In this document: positions 8,839 through 18,371 of the stretch, in pieces
How the letters are laid out: each line of letters begins with the position of its first letter
Position numbering within the stretch: the stretch's first letter is position 1
Assembly (NCBI GenBank): GCA_964564435.1
Contig: CAZMAT010000003.1
Coordinates: forward strand, 23,869-87,868
Length of the DNA: 64,000 nucleotides
From: an uncultured bacterium
Lineage (GTDB): Bacteria > Fermentibacterota > Fermentibacteria > Fermentibacterales > Fermentibacteraceae
Direction of reading: 5' to 3'
Position numbers and translations under genes: made by a program
The notes under the pieces: model-generated
What the model was told of the DNA's origin: nothing
Databases searched by the model: none
The model's input: the letters and a program-made list of their open reading frames with translations, nothing else

Positions 8839-8906
8839 CCCCGCTATCCCGCAGGGGGGCGGCAGTGGTTATGTTCCGATTCTGGCTCGTCCGTGAGGAG
8901 TAGGAG

Positions 8907-9284
8907 ATGCCTTCCAGAGGGATACGGACAGGAATCGACCTGGTCGACATCCCCAGGTTCGGTATCGCCGCAGGTCGCAGGGGAGGGGCATTCCTGGAGA
9001 GGATCTTCACCCCGGGCGAGCTGGCGTCGGGCCCGGCACTGCAGAGCCTTGCCGGAGGCTTCGCGGCCAAGGAGGCCTTTCTGAAGGCCCTCGGAACCGG
9101 CCTCTCCGACGGGATATCCTGGCACGACATCGAAATCGTGCACAGGGAAGGCGGACAGCCCGACCTGGCGCTGGCCCGCAGGGCCGCGGAGCTCCTGGGT
9201 TCCGGACAGGCATCCCTGAGCATCAGCCACACGTCCACGACCGCCGTGGCGGTGGTGGTCATCTCGGGCGGTGATGCGCCATGA
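8907..9284 (+). CDS. acpS: Holo-[acyl-carrier-protein] synthase
   Basis: GIDLVDIPRF...ERIFTPGE... and ~125 aa in length. Confidence 0.8.
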   Translation: MPSRGIRTGIDLVDIPRFGIAAGRRGGAFLERIFTPGELASGPALQSLAGGFAAKEAFLKALGTGLSDGISWHDIEIVHREGGQPDLALARRAAELLGSGQASLSISHTSTTAVAVVVISGGDAP

Positions 9285-10831
9285 CCCGCTGGGTGACGCC
9301 GGCCGAGATGGAGAACCTGGACAGGCAGGCCATCCAGTCAGGCACTCCGGCCGAAACCCTGATGGAGACGGCAGGGGCGGCCGTGGCCGGGCTGGCGCAG
9401 CGGATGTTCCCGGGGAGGGACACCCGCATCGACGTCTTCTGCGGTCCCGGCAACAACGGCGGCGACGGCTTCGTGGCTGCGCGCCTCCTCGGGCGGCAGG
9501 GCTACACGGTTCGCGCCGTCCTGGCATCGGACTCCGCCTCCGGCATATCACCGCTCTGCATGAAGAACCTCGTCAGATTCAAGGACGAGGGCGGCGCCGT
9601 CACGGGCATGAACCACCTGGGCGATCTCACCGGTGAACCCGAACTCGGCATCGACGCCCTCCTGGGCACCGGCTTCCACGGGAGCCTCGAGGGGTCCGTC
9701 GCCGCCTGCACGCAGTTCCTCGGGCGCTGTGGCGCGGTCCTGGCCGTGGACACCCCCTCGGGGGTGAACGGAGAGGACGGATCGATCGATCCCCTCACAG
9801 TCCCGGCATCGGTCACGCTGGCGCTGGCCGCGCCCAAGCTCGGCTGCCTGATCCTCCCGGGCTGCGCCTCTGCAGGCGCCGTATTCAGGGCCGACATCGG
9901 CATCGATGTCCCGGAACGCCCGGACAGGACGGTCTTCGACTTCGAGGCTGCCGCTGCGGCTCTTCCGGAACGGCCGGCCCACGCCCACAAGGGCTCTTTC
10001 GGCAGGGTGCTCCTGCTGGGGGGCTCGGAGCTGATGCCCGGCGCCCCCATACTCATGTCGCTCGGCGCTCTCCGGGCCGGTGCCGGGCTGGTGAGGCTCT
10101 TCGTTCCGTATCCCGCGGCGGGGGCCGTTTTCGGCCGGGTTCCCGAAGTGGTCTGCGGCTACTTCCTTCCCGGGGATGTCACCTCCCTGCCCGGGCCGTC
10201 GGGCTTCGACTGCGCGGCGATCGGGCCCGGCATGGGAGACGGGGTGGAGACATCCAAGGTCGTGCGCCACATCCTGTCGAACTGGACCATGCCGGTCGTC
10301 TTCGACGCAGACGCCCTCAACGTCCTTTCGGGCGCCATAGCCGAGATCGCCATGAAGAAGTGCCCGTCCGTGCTCACGCCGCACGCAGGCGAACTGCAGC
10401 GGCTCGCGGGCAGGGCGGCCGGCTCGCGCGAGGAGCTCTGGGAGATGGCATCGGTCATGGCGCGGGCCACGGGATCGGTCGTGCTGCTCAAGGGGCGCCC
10501 GTCCATGGTGTTCTCCCCCGACGGGGGAAGGGCCCTGATCCCGTGCGGGAACAGCGGGCTCGCCACGGGAGGCTCGGGCGACGTGCTCACCGGCATGGTC
10601 GCCGCATTCCTGGGGCAGGGCATGGATCCTTCTGCGGCCGCGGCCGAGGCGGCCTTCCTTCATGGCATGGCGGCGGACATCATCGCCGCCGGGTCCTCGT
10701 CCAGGTCCATGCTTCCCACCGACGTGGCGGGAACCCTGGGGTCGGCCTTCAGGCTCCTGGAGAACGGGCCTCTCGCCGGGCTCCTGAGAATCGAGGGGAG
10801 GTGGGATGGAAGGCTGTGGGATATCCCGTGA
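9281..10831 (+). CDS. nnr: Bifunctional NAD(P)H-hydrate repair enzyme (epimerase/dehydratase)
   Basis: The YjeF-N motif GPGNNGGDG plus the C-terminal kinase-like HKGSFGRVLLLGGS and GGSGDVLTG. ATGA overlap with acpS. Confidence 0.85.
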   Translation: MTRWVTPAEMENLDRQAIQSGTPAETLMETAGAAVAGLAQRMFPGRDTRIDVFCGPGNNGGDGFVAARLLGRQGYTVRAVLASDSASGISPLCMKNLVRFKDEGGAVTGMNHLGDLTGEPELGIDALLGTGFHGSLEGSVAACTQFLGRCGAVLAVDTPSGVNGEDGSIDPLTVPASVTLALAAPKLGCLILPGCASAGAVFRADIGIDVPERPDRTVFDFEAAAAALPERPAHAHKGSFGRVLLLGGSELMPGAPILMSLGALRAGAGLVRLFVPYPAAGAVFGRVPEVVCGYFLPGDVTSLPGPSGFDCAAIGPGMGDGVETSKVVRHILSNWTMPVVFDADALNVLSGAIAEIAMKKCPSVLTPHAGELQRLAGRAAGSREELWEMASVMARATGSVVLLKGRPSMVFSPDGGRALIPCGNSGLATGGSGDVLTGMVAAFLGQGMDPSAAAAEAAFLHGMAADIIAAGSSSRSMLPTDVAGTLGSAFRLLENGPLAGLLRIEGRWDGRLWDIP

Positions 10832-11378
10832 CGAGGCCATGGCCCTTCTCGTCGCGAACATCTCGAACATCGCCCTGAGGAGGCACTGCCTCGCATCAGG
10901 AGCGATAATGCGCAACCTCGCAGTCAGGCTCGGACATGCCTCCGAAGCCGGGCTCTGGGAGGCGACGGGCATCCTGCACGACCTGGACTACGAACAGACC
11001 GCTTCCGATCCAGCGGTCCACGGAACCATGACCTGCTCGATGCTGCGCGGCAGGCTGCCCGAAGAGTGCCTCCACGCCATCCTCTCGCACAACGCCGAGA
11101 ACAACGGATCCTGCCGCGAGTCCATCCTGGACAGCATCCTCACGGCGGCCGAATGCGTGACCGGGCTCGTTACGGCCACGGCGCTCATCTACCCCGACAG
11201 GAAGCTGGCCGGAGTCGAGGCTTCCTCCGTCATCAAGAGAATGACCAAGACGGGTTTCGCCAGGAACGTCAGCCGGGAGGGCATCATGGAATGCGAGAAG
11301 GCAGGACTCCCTCTGGCGGAATTCATGGATATATCACTTGAATCTATGAAATCGATAGCGGATGACCTCGGTCTCTAG
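10806..11378 (+). CDS. HD-superfamily metal-dependent phosphohydrolase
   Basis: LRRHCLASGAIMRNLA...GILHDLDYEQT...AILSHN. Confidence 0.6.
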   Translation: MEGCGISRDEAMALLVANISNIALRRHCLASGAIMRNLAVRLGHASEAGLWEATGILHDLDYEQTASDPAVHGTMTCSMLRGRLPEECLHAILSHNAENNGSCRESILDSILTAAECVTGLVTATALIYPDRKLAGVEASSVIKRMTKTGFARNVSREGIMECEKAGLPLAEFMDISLESMKSIADDLGL

Positions 11379-11393
11379 AATCGGGAGGGCCGG

Positions 11394-12545
11394 TTGGTGG
11401 AAGTGAAGACGGTTTCCGAGAGACTCGGCGAGCTCAAGCTCCAGGTATCGAGTCAGTCCTACGGCCGGGGGACGAGTGGCTACAGCAGCTACAAGACCGA
11501 CGAGGACGCGGGCACTCCCGAAGAGCGACTCAGGCTGGCGGCAGCCGTGGCGAAGGCGACCGGCAGGGCCAGGAGGGTCTCTCTCCACTCACCGGGCGAC
11601 CTCCGGACGGACGAGGACGCCGCGAAGATCTCCGCTCTCCTGAAGGAGCTCTCGCTGGAGTGCGGCTCCTTCTATCCCGACCTGTTCATGCCGCGCAAGA
11701 GCGGCACCATGAACCACCGGCTGATGTACGGCACCATATCGAACCCCATCTCGGAGCTCCGGGTGGCCAGCATCAACTTCGTCATCAGGTCGATGGAGCT
11801 GATGCGGGCAGTGGACTGCAGGCAGATGGTCCTCTGGCTGCCCGACGGGATAGACTCGCCGGGCGAGAAGAACCTCACCGACATGCTCGACAGGATACTG
11901 AACGGCCTGAGGCAGATAGGCATCAACGTCCGCAAGAGCGAGAACATGATGCTCGACTTCCGGCCGTTCGACCCCTCTTTCTGCTCGATGGCCGTGAGCG
12001 ACTGGGGCACTGCGGCATGGCTCTGCCGCGAGACGGACCCCTCCTGCAGGGTGATGCTCGACACGGCCGCCCTGCTGCCGGGCGCCAGCCTCGACAGCGT
12101 CATCGTCGCCATGCTGCACCAGAAGATCCTCGGCAGCGTGAGACTCTCGGACAACAGGCTGTCCCAGGGCATGATGCCGGCCGGTACCCTCGACCCGGCA
12201 GCGCTCTTCCGCTTCTTCGTCAACCTGCTCCAGGCCGAGAAGGCGGGGCTGTGCTCGATCGGCGGCATGGTGTTCGAGATCGGCGTGAACACGAGGGTAG
12301 GCATTCCTGCGGAGGCTGTCGTCAGGTCGATAGAATCCATCGAGCAGGCCTTCGCCGCGGCCATGCTGGTCAATCCCGACGAGCTCTCCGAGATCCAGGC
12401 CAGGCCGGACCCCTACCTGGCGGAGAAGCTCCTGCAGGATGCCTTCATGACCGACGTACGGCCCGTCATCAAGGCATGGAGGGAGCAGAACGGCATCCCG
12501 GCCGATCCCGTCCAGGCGCTGCGGAGCGAGCTCGCGAAGAGCTGA
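11394..12545 (+). CDS. Xylose-isomerase-like TIM-barrel protein, L-rhamnose-isomerase (RhaI)-like
   Basis: Length and the C-terminal ...DVRPVIKAWREQNGIPADPVQALR resemble RhaI-type isomerases as I recall them. TTG/GTG start preceded by GGGAGGG. Confidence 0.4.
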   Translation: MVEVKTVSERLGELKLQVSSQSYGRGTSGYSSYKTDEDAGTPEERLRLAAAVAKATGRARRVSLHSPGDLRTDEDAAKISALLKELSLECGSFYPDLFMPRKSGTMNHRLMYGTISNPISELRVASINFVIRSMELMRAVDCRQMVLWLPDGIDSPGEKNLTDMLDRILNGLRQIGINVRKSENMMLDFRPFDPSFCSMAVSDWGTAAWLCRETDPSCRVMLDTAALLPGASLDSVIVAMLHQKILGSVRLSDNRLSQGMMPAGTLDPAALFRFFVNLLQAEKAGLCSIGGMVFEIGVNTRVGIPAEAVVRSIESIEQAFAAAMLVNPDELSEIQARPDPYLAEKLLQDAFMTDVRPVIKAWREQNGIPADPVQALRSELAKS

Positions 12546-12564
12546 TACATCCCCGGTCGGGGAT

Positions 12565-12602
12565 CCGCCCTCCCGATGCCCCGAAGGCTTCCGGGAGGGC
12601 GG
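12565..12602. terminator. Bidirectional hairpin between convergent genes
   Basis: 11-bp stem CCGCCCTCCCG / CGGGAGGGCGG. Confidence 0.5.
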
Positions 12603-12632
12603 ACTGTATCACGGCAGGAAACCGGATGGGTT

Positions 12633-13217
12633 TCAGGCGCCGGCCAGGGTTCTCCCTCTCAGGAATGCCCTGGTGTTGATCTCCAGGGCCTTTTCGGGGA
12701 GCAGCTCCCTCATCGCATCGGCCCAGCAGGCTTCGGGCAGTCCGAGGCAGACCGAGGCCGCGCCCACCATGAGCGTGTTGACGACCCGGAGATCGCCCAT
12801 CCTGCCGGCTTCGCCGAAGGCGTCGATCGAGAGGGACCTCACTCCCCTGTCGGAGAGCCCGGCCTCGACGTCGGGGTAGGAAGCCTGGCCGGTGCTGACG
12901 GACGACGGTTCGATGACGAGGTCGCATATCAGCGCGGTGCCTGAATCCGACAGGAAATGCGACCATCTCAGCGCCTCGAGCTTCTCCAGCGCTATCATCA
13001 GGTCGGCCGTGCCCTCCTCGATTATGGGGCTGCTGACCGACTTCCCGAACCTCACCTGGCTCACGACGCTTCCGCCCCTCTGGGCCATCCCGTGGACCTC
13101 GCTCTTGCGGACGTCCATCCCCGAGAGCATCGCGGCCGCGCTGACTATCTCGCTCGCGAGCAGAATGCCCTGCCCGCCGGTTCCGCAGATCAGAACGTTG
13201 GTGGTCTCAGTCGGCAC
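12633..13217 (-). CDS. iorB: Indolepyruvate:ferredoxin oxidoreductase subunit beta
   Basis: ~194 aa, ...ICGTGGQGILLAS... (the gamma-type domain of 2-oxoacid:Fd oxidoreductases), overlapping iorA. Confidence 0.8.
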   Translation of the reverse strand: MPTETTNVLICGTGGQGILLASEIVSAAAMLSGMDVRKSEVHGMAQRGGSVVSQVRFGKSVSSPIIEEGTADLMIALEKLEALRWSHFLSDSGTALICDLVIEPSSVSTGQASYPDVEAGLSDRGVRSLSIDAFGEAGRMGDLRVVNTLMVGAASVCLGLPEACWADAMRELLPEKALEINTRAFLRGRTLAGA

Positions 13218-14997
13218 TGGAGGCCTCCCTGTTGTAGTCCTTGCCCAGGGCGCCCTTGGGGCAGACGTCCGCGCAGAGCCTGCACTCCGGGTAGCACAGC
13301 AGGCTGTTCACCACCGGCCTGCCGTCGTGGAAGCTCAGCGCCGGGCAGCCCAGGGACATGCAGCGCCTGCAGCCTATGCAGGCTTCCGGATCCAGGACGG
13401 CGACCGCCCTGCCGGAAGGCTTCCTGACCATCACGCAGGGGCGCCTCGTTATCACGACGGAGACCTCGGGCCGGGCCATCTCCTCCCTGAGAACCGCTTC
13501 CAGCCCCTTCAGGTCGTGGGGATCGACCACCCGCACGGAGGAGACCCCGCATGCCCGGCAGACCGCCTCGATGTCGAGCCTGGCGGATGGTTCCCCCCTC
13601 AGGGTCCGGCCGGTCCCCGGGTTCTGCTGGCCGCCGGTCATGGCCGTGATGCTGTTGTCCATGACGATGACCGTGCCGGTGCAGCCGTTGTAGACCATGT
13701 CGATCAGGCCTGTGACCCCGGAATGGACGAAGGTGGAGTCGCCAATCGCGGCGGCCAGCTTCGAGACGGCCTCCCGGCCACCCGCCTTCTCGAGGCCCGA
13801 GAGGACCCCGATGGAGGCTCCCATGCAGACGGTCGTATCCATGGCGTTGAGCGGAGGCATGAGGCCAAGGGTGTAGCAGCCGATGTCTCCGGTGGTGCTC
13901 GACTTCAGTTTCGAGAGCACCCAGAACGCCCCCCTGTGGGGGCAGCCCGCGCAGAGCATCGGCGGGCGCTGCGGCACCTCGGCGGGAGCCCTGGCGGGAA
14001 CGGGCTCGAGACCAAGCCCCTTCCTGACGATCGCCGGGTTGAACTCGCCCTCGACCGGGAAATGCCGCTTGCCCTCGACCGGCAGCAGGAAGTGGGACCG
14101 TATCTGCTCCTCGAGGAACGGGTCCCCCTCCTCGACCACCCTCACCTCGTCCACCATGGCCAGGAACCTGCCGATGAGGTCCCAGGGCAGGGGCCACGTC
14201 ATGGCCAGCTTGAGGATGGTGGCGCCGGGCAGGACCTCCCGGACATAGGCCGCGGACACGCCGCTGGCGATCACCCCTAGCTTCCTGTCCCCCTCGATGA
14301 TCCTGTTGTACTGGAATGTATTGCCGAACTCCGACAGGGCTCTTGTCCGCTCCTCGACCCTCGTGTGCATCGCCCGTGCGAAGGCCGGGATGGGGATCCT
14401 CTTGCGGGGATCACGGACGTATCCCTTCACCGGGACTTCCCTGCGCGGGGCGAGCGCCACGGGGCTGCTGGAATGGCTGGTGCGCGTGGTCGTGCGCAGC
14501 ATCACCGGGGTGTCGAACCTCTCGGAGATGTCGAGGGCGAGGCCGGTCAGGTCGCGCGCCTCGGCGCTGTCCGAGGGCTCCAGCATCGGCACCTTGGCGG
14601 CCCGGGCCAGATGCCTGTTGTCCTGTTCGTTCTGGGACGAGTGCATCCCGGGGTCGTCGGCCGACACGATCACGATGCCGCCTGTCGCGCCGATGTAGCT
14701 CAGCGTGAAGAACGGATCGGCGGCCACGTTCAGGCCGACGTGCTTCATGGCGGTGAGGACCCTGGCGCCGCCGAAGGAGGCCCCGGCTATCGTCTCGAGG
14801 GCGACCTTCTCGTTGGGGGCCCACTGGGCTTCGATTTCAGGATAGTGCTCCCCGATCGTCTCGAGGATCTCGGTCGAGGGAGTGCCGGGATAGGCCGAGG
14901 CGAAGTGCACGCCGTGCTCCCATGCGCCCCTCGCTATGGCCTCGTTGCCGGACAGCAGCGCCAGACCGTCGGTTTTCGCGTTGAGAGGCTTCTTCAT
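13207..14997 (-). CDS. iorA: Indolepyruvate:ferredoxin oxidoreductase subunit alpha
   Basis: LSGNEAIARGA, TPP motifs GDIGCYTLG and IGDSTFVHSG, and C-terminal 2x CxxCxxC ferredoxin cysteines. Start set to MKKPLNA (14997). Confidence 0.85.
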   Translation of the reverse strand: MKKPLNAKTDGLALLSGNEAIARGAWEHGVHFASAYPGTPSTEILETIGEHYPEIEAQWAPNEKVALETIAGASFGGARVLTAMKHVGLNVAADPFFTLSYIGATGGIVIVSADDPGMHSSQNEQDNRHLARAAKVPMLEPSDSAEARDLTGLALDISERFDTPVMLRTTTRTSHSSSPVALAPRREVPVKGYVRDPRKRIPIPAFARAMHTRVEERTRALSEFGNTFQYNRIIEGDRKLGVIASGVSAAYVREVLPGATILKLAMTWPLPWDLIGRFLAMVDEVRVVEEGDPFLEEQIRSHFLLPVEGKRHFPVEGEFNPAIVRKGLGLEPVPARAPAEVPQRPPMLCAGCPHRGAFWVLSKLKSSTTGDIGCYTLGLMPPLNAMDTTVCMGASIGVLSGLEKAGGREAVSKLAAAIGDSTFVHSGVTGLIDMVYNGCTGTVIVMDNSITAMTGGQQNPGTGRTLRGEPSARLDIEAVCRACGVSSVRVVDPHDLKGLEAVLREEMARPEVSVVITRRPCVMVRKPSGRAVAVLDPEACIGCRRCMSLGCPALSFHDGRPVVNSLLCYPECRLCADVCPKGALGKDYNREASSAD

Positions 14998-15010
14998 GCA
15001 CCCCTCCGGG

Positions 15011-16084
15011 CTAGTTGTAAGTCCTGACTTCCTCGATCCCGTCGAGGACCCTGAGGACACCGCGTACGAGAGCCTCGAGCTCCGCCTCGCCCGGGAAGGT
15101 CATGACCCTTCCCAGGAAGGAGAGGCCCTTCGTTATCTCTTCCACGACCCAGACGTTGTGTGCCATGCCACCTGTAATGACCACACAATCGACGTCCCCG
15201 TGGAGGGCGGCGGCCATGGCCCCCCCCTCCTTCACGAACTGGTAGACCATCGCCCTCAGGGCGAGGTCCGCCTCCGCATCCCCCTTCGACGCTCTGGCGA
15301 AGGCCTCCCCGACATGGTCGATGCCGAGATAGGCCATCAGGCCGCCTTCCTTGAGGAACATCCGCTGGAGCTGCTTCTTCTCGTACCTTCCCCCGAAGCA
15401 GAGGTCGACGAGCCCGGTAACGGGGAGGGAGCCTGTCCTCTGCGAGCTGAACGGCCCGCCGTCGTTGGCGTTGTTCGTGTCGATCATCCGGCCCTTCCGG
15501 ATCGCGTTCACGCTGACCCCGCTGCCGAGGTGGAGCACCACCATGTTGAGGTCGGACAGCGGCCTCCCGAGCTCGGAGGCGGCCTTGTACGCCACCATGC
15601 GGATGTTGAGGGCGTGGCTCAGGCTCTTCCTCGGCAGCAGAGGGTGCCCGGAGGGCCTGGCCTCGTCGATCATCTCGTCGACGCAGACCGGGTCGACGAA
15701 GTAGGAGGGGAGCCCCAGCGGTTCGGCGACCGCCCAGGCGAGGGGGGCCCCGAGGTTGCTCGGGTGGTCGGCCTGGAGCGTCGACCCTTCCGTGATGTCG
15801 TCGAGCAGCTTCCGGTTCACACGGTAGGTGCCGGCCTGCAGGGGCTTGAACGTGCCCCCGCGGCCCACCACGGCGGCGAGGCCCGACATGTCGAACCCCT
15901 TCTCCGCGAGTGCGGCGAGCACGAGGTCACGCCTCGGCCCCGTCTGGTTCATCGTCGGGCCCAGGGCGGCGAGCTCCTCGGGGAGGTGCCGCACGGACTC
16001 CTCGAAGAGGGGCTCCCCCTCCCTGTAGACTCCGAACTTCGTCGAAGTCCCGCCGGGGTTCAGCGCCAGGACGAGCCTCTCCAT
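15011..16084 (-). CDS. buk: Butyrate (branched/aryl acyl) kinase
   Basis: LVLALNPGGTSTKFGVY, of the ASKHA acetate/butyrate kinase family. Confidence 0.85.
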   Translation of the reverse strand: MERLVLALNPGGTSTKFGVYREGEPLFEESVRHLPEELAALGPTMNQTGPRRDLVLAALAEKGFDMSGLAAVVGRGGTFKPLQAGTYRVNRKLLDDITEGSTLQADHPSNLGAPLAWAVAEPLGLPSYFVDPVCVDEMIDEARPSGHPLLPRKSLSHALNIRMVAYKAASELGRPLSDLNMVVLHLGSGVSVNAIRKGRMIDTNNANDGGPFSSQRTGSLPVTGLVDLCFGGRYEKKQLQRMFLKEGGLMAYLGIDHVGEAFARASKGDAEADLALRAMVYQFVKEGGAMAAALHGDVDCVVITGGMAHNVWVVEEITKGLSFLGRVMTFPGEAELEALVRGVLRVLDGIEEVRTYN

Positions 16085-16085
16085 G

Positions 16086-16976
16086 TCAGGCTCCCGTCAC
16101 GACGCCGAGCGCGAGCGAGTTCAGCTTGGTGCGCGCGGCGTCGGAGCGGGAGAGCATCACCACCGGGGCCGCGGCTCCGGCGATCATCCCCCCCACCTCG
16201 GTGTCGGTCATGTACATGAAGGCCTTCGCAAAGATGTTGCCGCACGAGAGGTCGGGGGTCACGAGGATGTTCGCCCGCCCCGCGACCTCGCCCGTGATCT
16301 TCTTGATGGCCGCTGCCTCCGGGTCCATGGCTCCATCCACAGCGAGCGGCCCCTGGACGTGGACGCCCTCGATGCCGTTTCGCGCAATCGACGCGAAGAG
16401 CGATGTCTCGGGCAGATTCTCGTCCTCTACCTCCACGGCTGCCAGGAGAGCGGCCCTGGGCGTGCCGCAACCCAGCCTGACCATCACGCCGGCGGCGTTC
16501 TGGACGATCTGCACCAACTGCTCGGCGGTGGGCCTGGGGATCATGCCCCCGTCGGTGATCGCCACGAGCCTGTCCTGCTTCGGGACGTGGACCACGGCCA
16601 CGTGGCTCAGGACCCTGCCTGTGCGGAGGCCGTGCTCCCTGTCCAGGACGGCCTTGAGGAACCCGGACGTCTTGAGGAGCCCCTTCATGAGGATCGTGGC
16701 CCCGCCTCCGCTGACGCACTTCACGGCTTCGATGGCGGCGTCGGCCTCGGTTGCCACATCCGCGATCTCGATGGATGGATGGAGCTTCAACCCCGCTCTG
16801 CCGACGGTCTCCTCCACCAGCGCCCGGGGAGCGAAGACGACCGATGTGGCGATGTCCTCCTCGGCCGCCATGTTGAGAGCCTCGAGGGAGGCCTCGTCAT
16901 GCCCCATGGGTACGGCCGCCCGGGCCCCCTTGTCGTCTCGCGCCGCCTGCCTGATCTGTGCGAAGTTCTCGTACAA
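16086..16976 (-). CDS. ptb: Phosphate butyryltransferase
   Basis: ~296 aa PTA/PTB-family sequence immediately upstream of buk. Confidence 0.8.
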   Translation of the reverse strand: MYENFAQIRQAARDDKGARAAVPMGHDEASLEALNMAAEEDIATSVVFAPRALVEETVGRAGLKLHPSIEIADVATEADAAIEAVKCVSGGGATILMKGLLKTSGFLKAVLDREHGLRTGRVLSHVAVVHVPKQDRLVAITDGGMIPRPTAEQLVQIVQNAAGVMVRLGCGTPRAALLAAVEVEDENLPETSLFASIARNGIEGVHVQGPLAVDGAMDPEAAAIKKITGEVAGRANILVTPDLSCGNIFAKAFMYMTDTEVGGMIAGAAAPVVMLSRSDAARTKLNSLALGVVTGA

Positions 16977-17043
16977 TGCACCCCTCCCGGATTTGGGGCG
17001 GACGGGAATCGCCCGTTCGTAGCCAGCGGGTTATTATGGGCAC

Positions 17044-17736
17044 ATGACCGGGATCGGGCCAGAACCGTACACGCCGCTCACCAGGGCCGACCTCCTTCGG
17101 GCCGGCGGGCTGCTGTTCGACTTCGACGGCGTCATCGTCGACAGCGAGCGCCTCTATATGGCCTCCTGGAACGAGGCTCTCGCGCCCTGGGGCGTATCCA
17201 TCCCGGAAGAGGAGTACTTCCGCCACTGGACCTCCCTCGGCGAGGGGCTCCCGGGACACATCTCGAGGCACGGCGGCCAGGGCATCGACGAGGCCCGCGC
17301 GACCTCCCTGCAGAAGCGCGCATACGAGGAGTTCTGCCTCACCGGGGCGGTCGGGCTGATGCCGGGTGCGGCTTCCGTCCTCGAGATCCTCTCTTCCTCG
17401 GTTTTCGCCGGGAGGTTCGCCATCGCCTCCAACACGGATTCCCGCCTGGTGGAGGGCATCCTGATGCGGGCCGGGGCCCCGGTGCCGCCTGTCATCGGCG
17501 GAGAGTCGCTCCCGCGCAAACCCTGCCCGGACATCTTCCTGGCTGCTGCTCTTGCGATCGGCTCCTCTCCGGGATCCACCCTTGTCTTCGAGGACGCATG
17601 GAAGGGGCTCGAGGCGGCCCGGCGGGGGGGCTTCAGGCCGGTTCTCGTCAGGGCGCCGCACAACACAGGTGTAGCTCTCGATGCCGATTTCGCGCTGGAC
17701 GGCATATCCGGCCTGCTGCCGCTTCTCGGACCCTGA
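17044..17736 (+). CDS. HAD-superfamily hydrolase (beta-phosphoglucomutase-like)
   Basis: Motif I LLFDFDGVIVDSE, and motif IV ...VFEDAWKG. Confidence 0.75.
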   Translation: MTGIGPEPYTPLTRADLLRAGGLLFDFDGVIVDSERLYMASWNEALAPWGVSIPEEEYFRHWTSLGEGLPGHISRHGGQGIDEARATSLQKRAYEEFCLTGAVGLMPGAASVLEILSSSVFAGRFAIASNTDSRLVEGILMRAGAPVPPVIGGESLPRKPCPDIFLAAALAIGSSPGSTLVFEDAWKGLEAARRGGFRPVLVRAPHNTGVALDADFALDGISGLLPLLGP

Positions 17737-17829
17737 TCCAGCCTCCGGCCGACCCTCCCCATACCGGTCCGGCTTGCCCGCGGAGCCTCACTTCGTGATA
17801 ATGCCCCGAACGACGGAGGGTGTGGGCAG

Positions 17830-18333
17830 GTGCAGAGACTGACCGACTACGGAACCGTTCTGCTGGTTGTGGTCGCCATGATGGGCCTCTTCAGGCTTTC
17901 GAGGCTGCTCCTCGGACGAATCCTGGCCGCCAGGGAAGCCCGCGGAGTCAGTTGCGACTGCGACGATCACATCAGGCTCGGCTTCTTCTTCCTGCTTGCC
18001 GGCATGCTCCTTCTCCCGCTTGCGACAGCCGCGGCCGCCTGCATCGATTCCACGGCCCTGGCAGGCGGAGTCTTCCTCCATCTCCCGCTGGTCGCCGTCT
18101 CCATCGTCTTCTTCAGCCTAGCGGAGGATCTGTTCGCCGGGATGAAGAAGCGGCCGGCCTCGAAGCGCCTGTCGACAGGCGCCCATTTCCGGACTGCCGG
18201 CCCCCTTCTGCTCGGCTTCTGGGCTCTCGGTTCGGCCTTCCTCTCCCCGATCTTCTACACCGCCCTGACTCTTATACTGGGCCTGTTCTACCTCTTCGCC
18301 CTCGCCGCCAGGCCGGACGGCCCGTCGGCTTGA
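17830..18333 (+). CDS. Small polytopic membrane protein
   Basis: GTG start and four or so hydrophobic helices. No recognisable motif. Confidence 0.4.
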   Translation: MQRLTDYGTVLLVVVAMMGLFRLSRLLLGRILAAREARGVSCDCDDHIRLGFFFLLAGMLLLPLATAAAACIDSTALAGGVFLHLPLVAVSIVFFSLAEDLFAGMKKRPASKRLSTGAHFRTAGPLLLGFWALGSAFLSPIFYTALTLILGLFYLFALAARPDGPSA

Positions 18334-18371
18334 CCCGGGCTCCATCCCCCGGCGGACCCTGCCTCCGGGTC

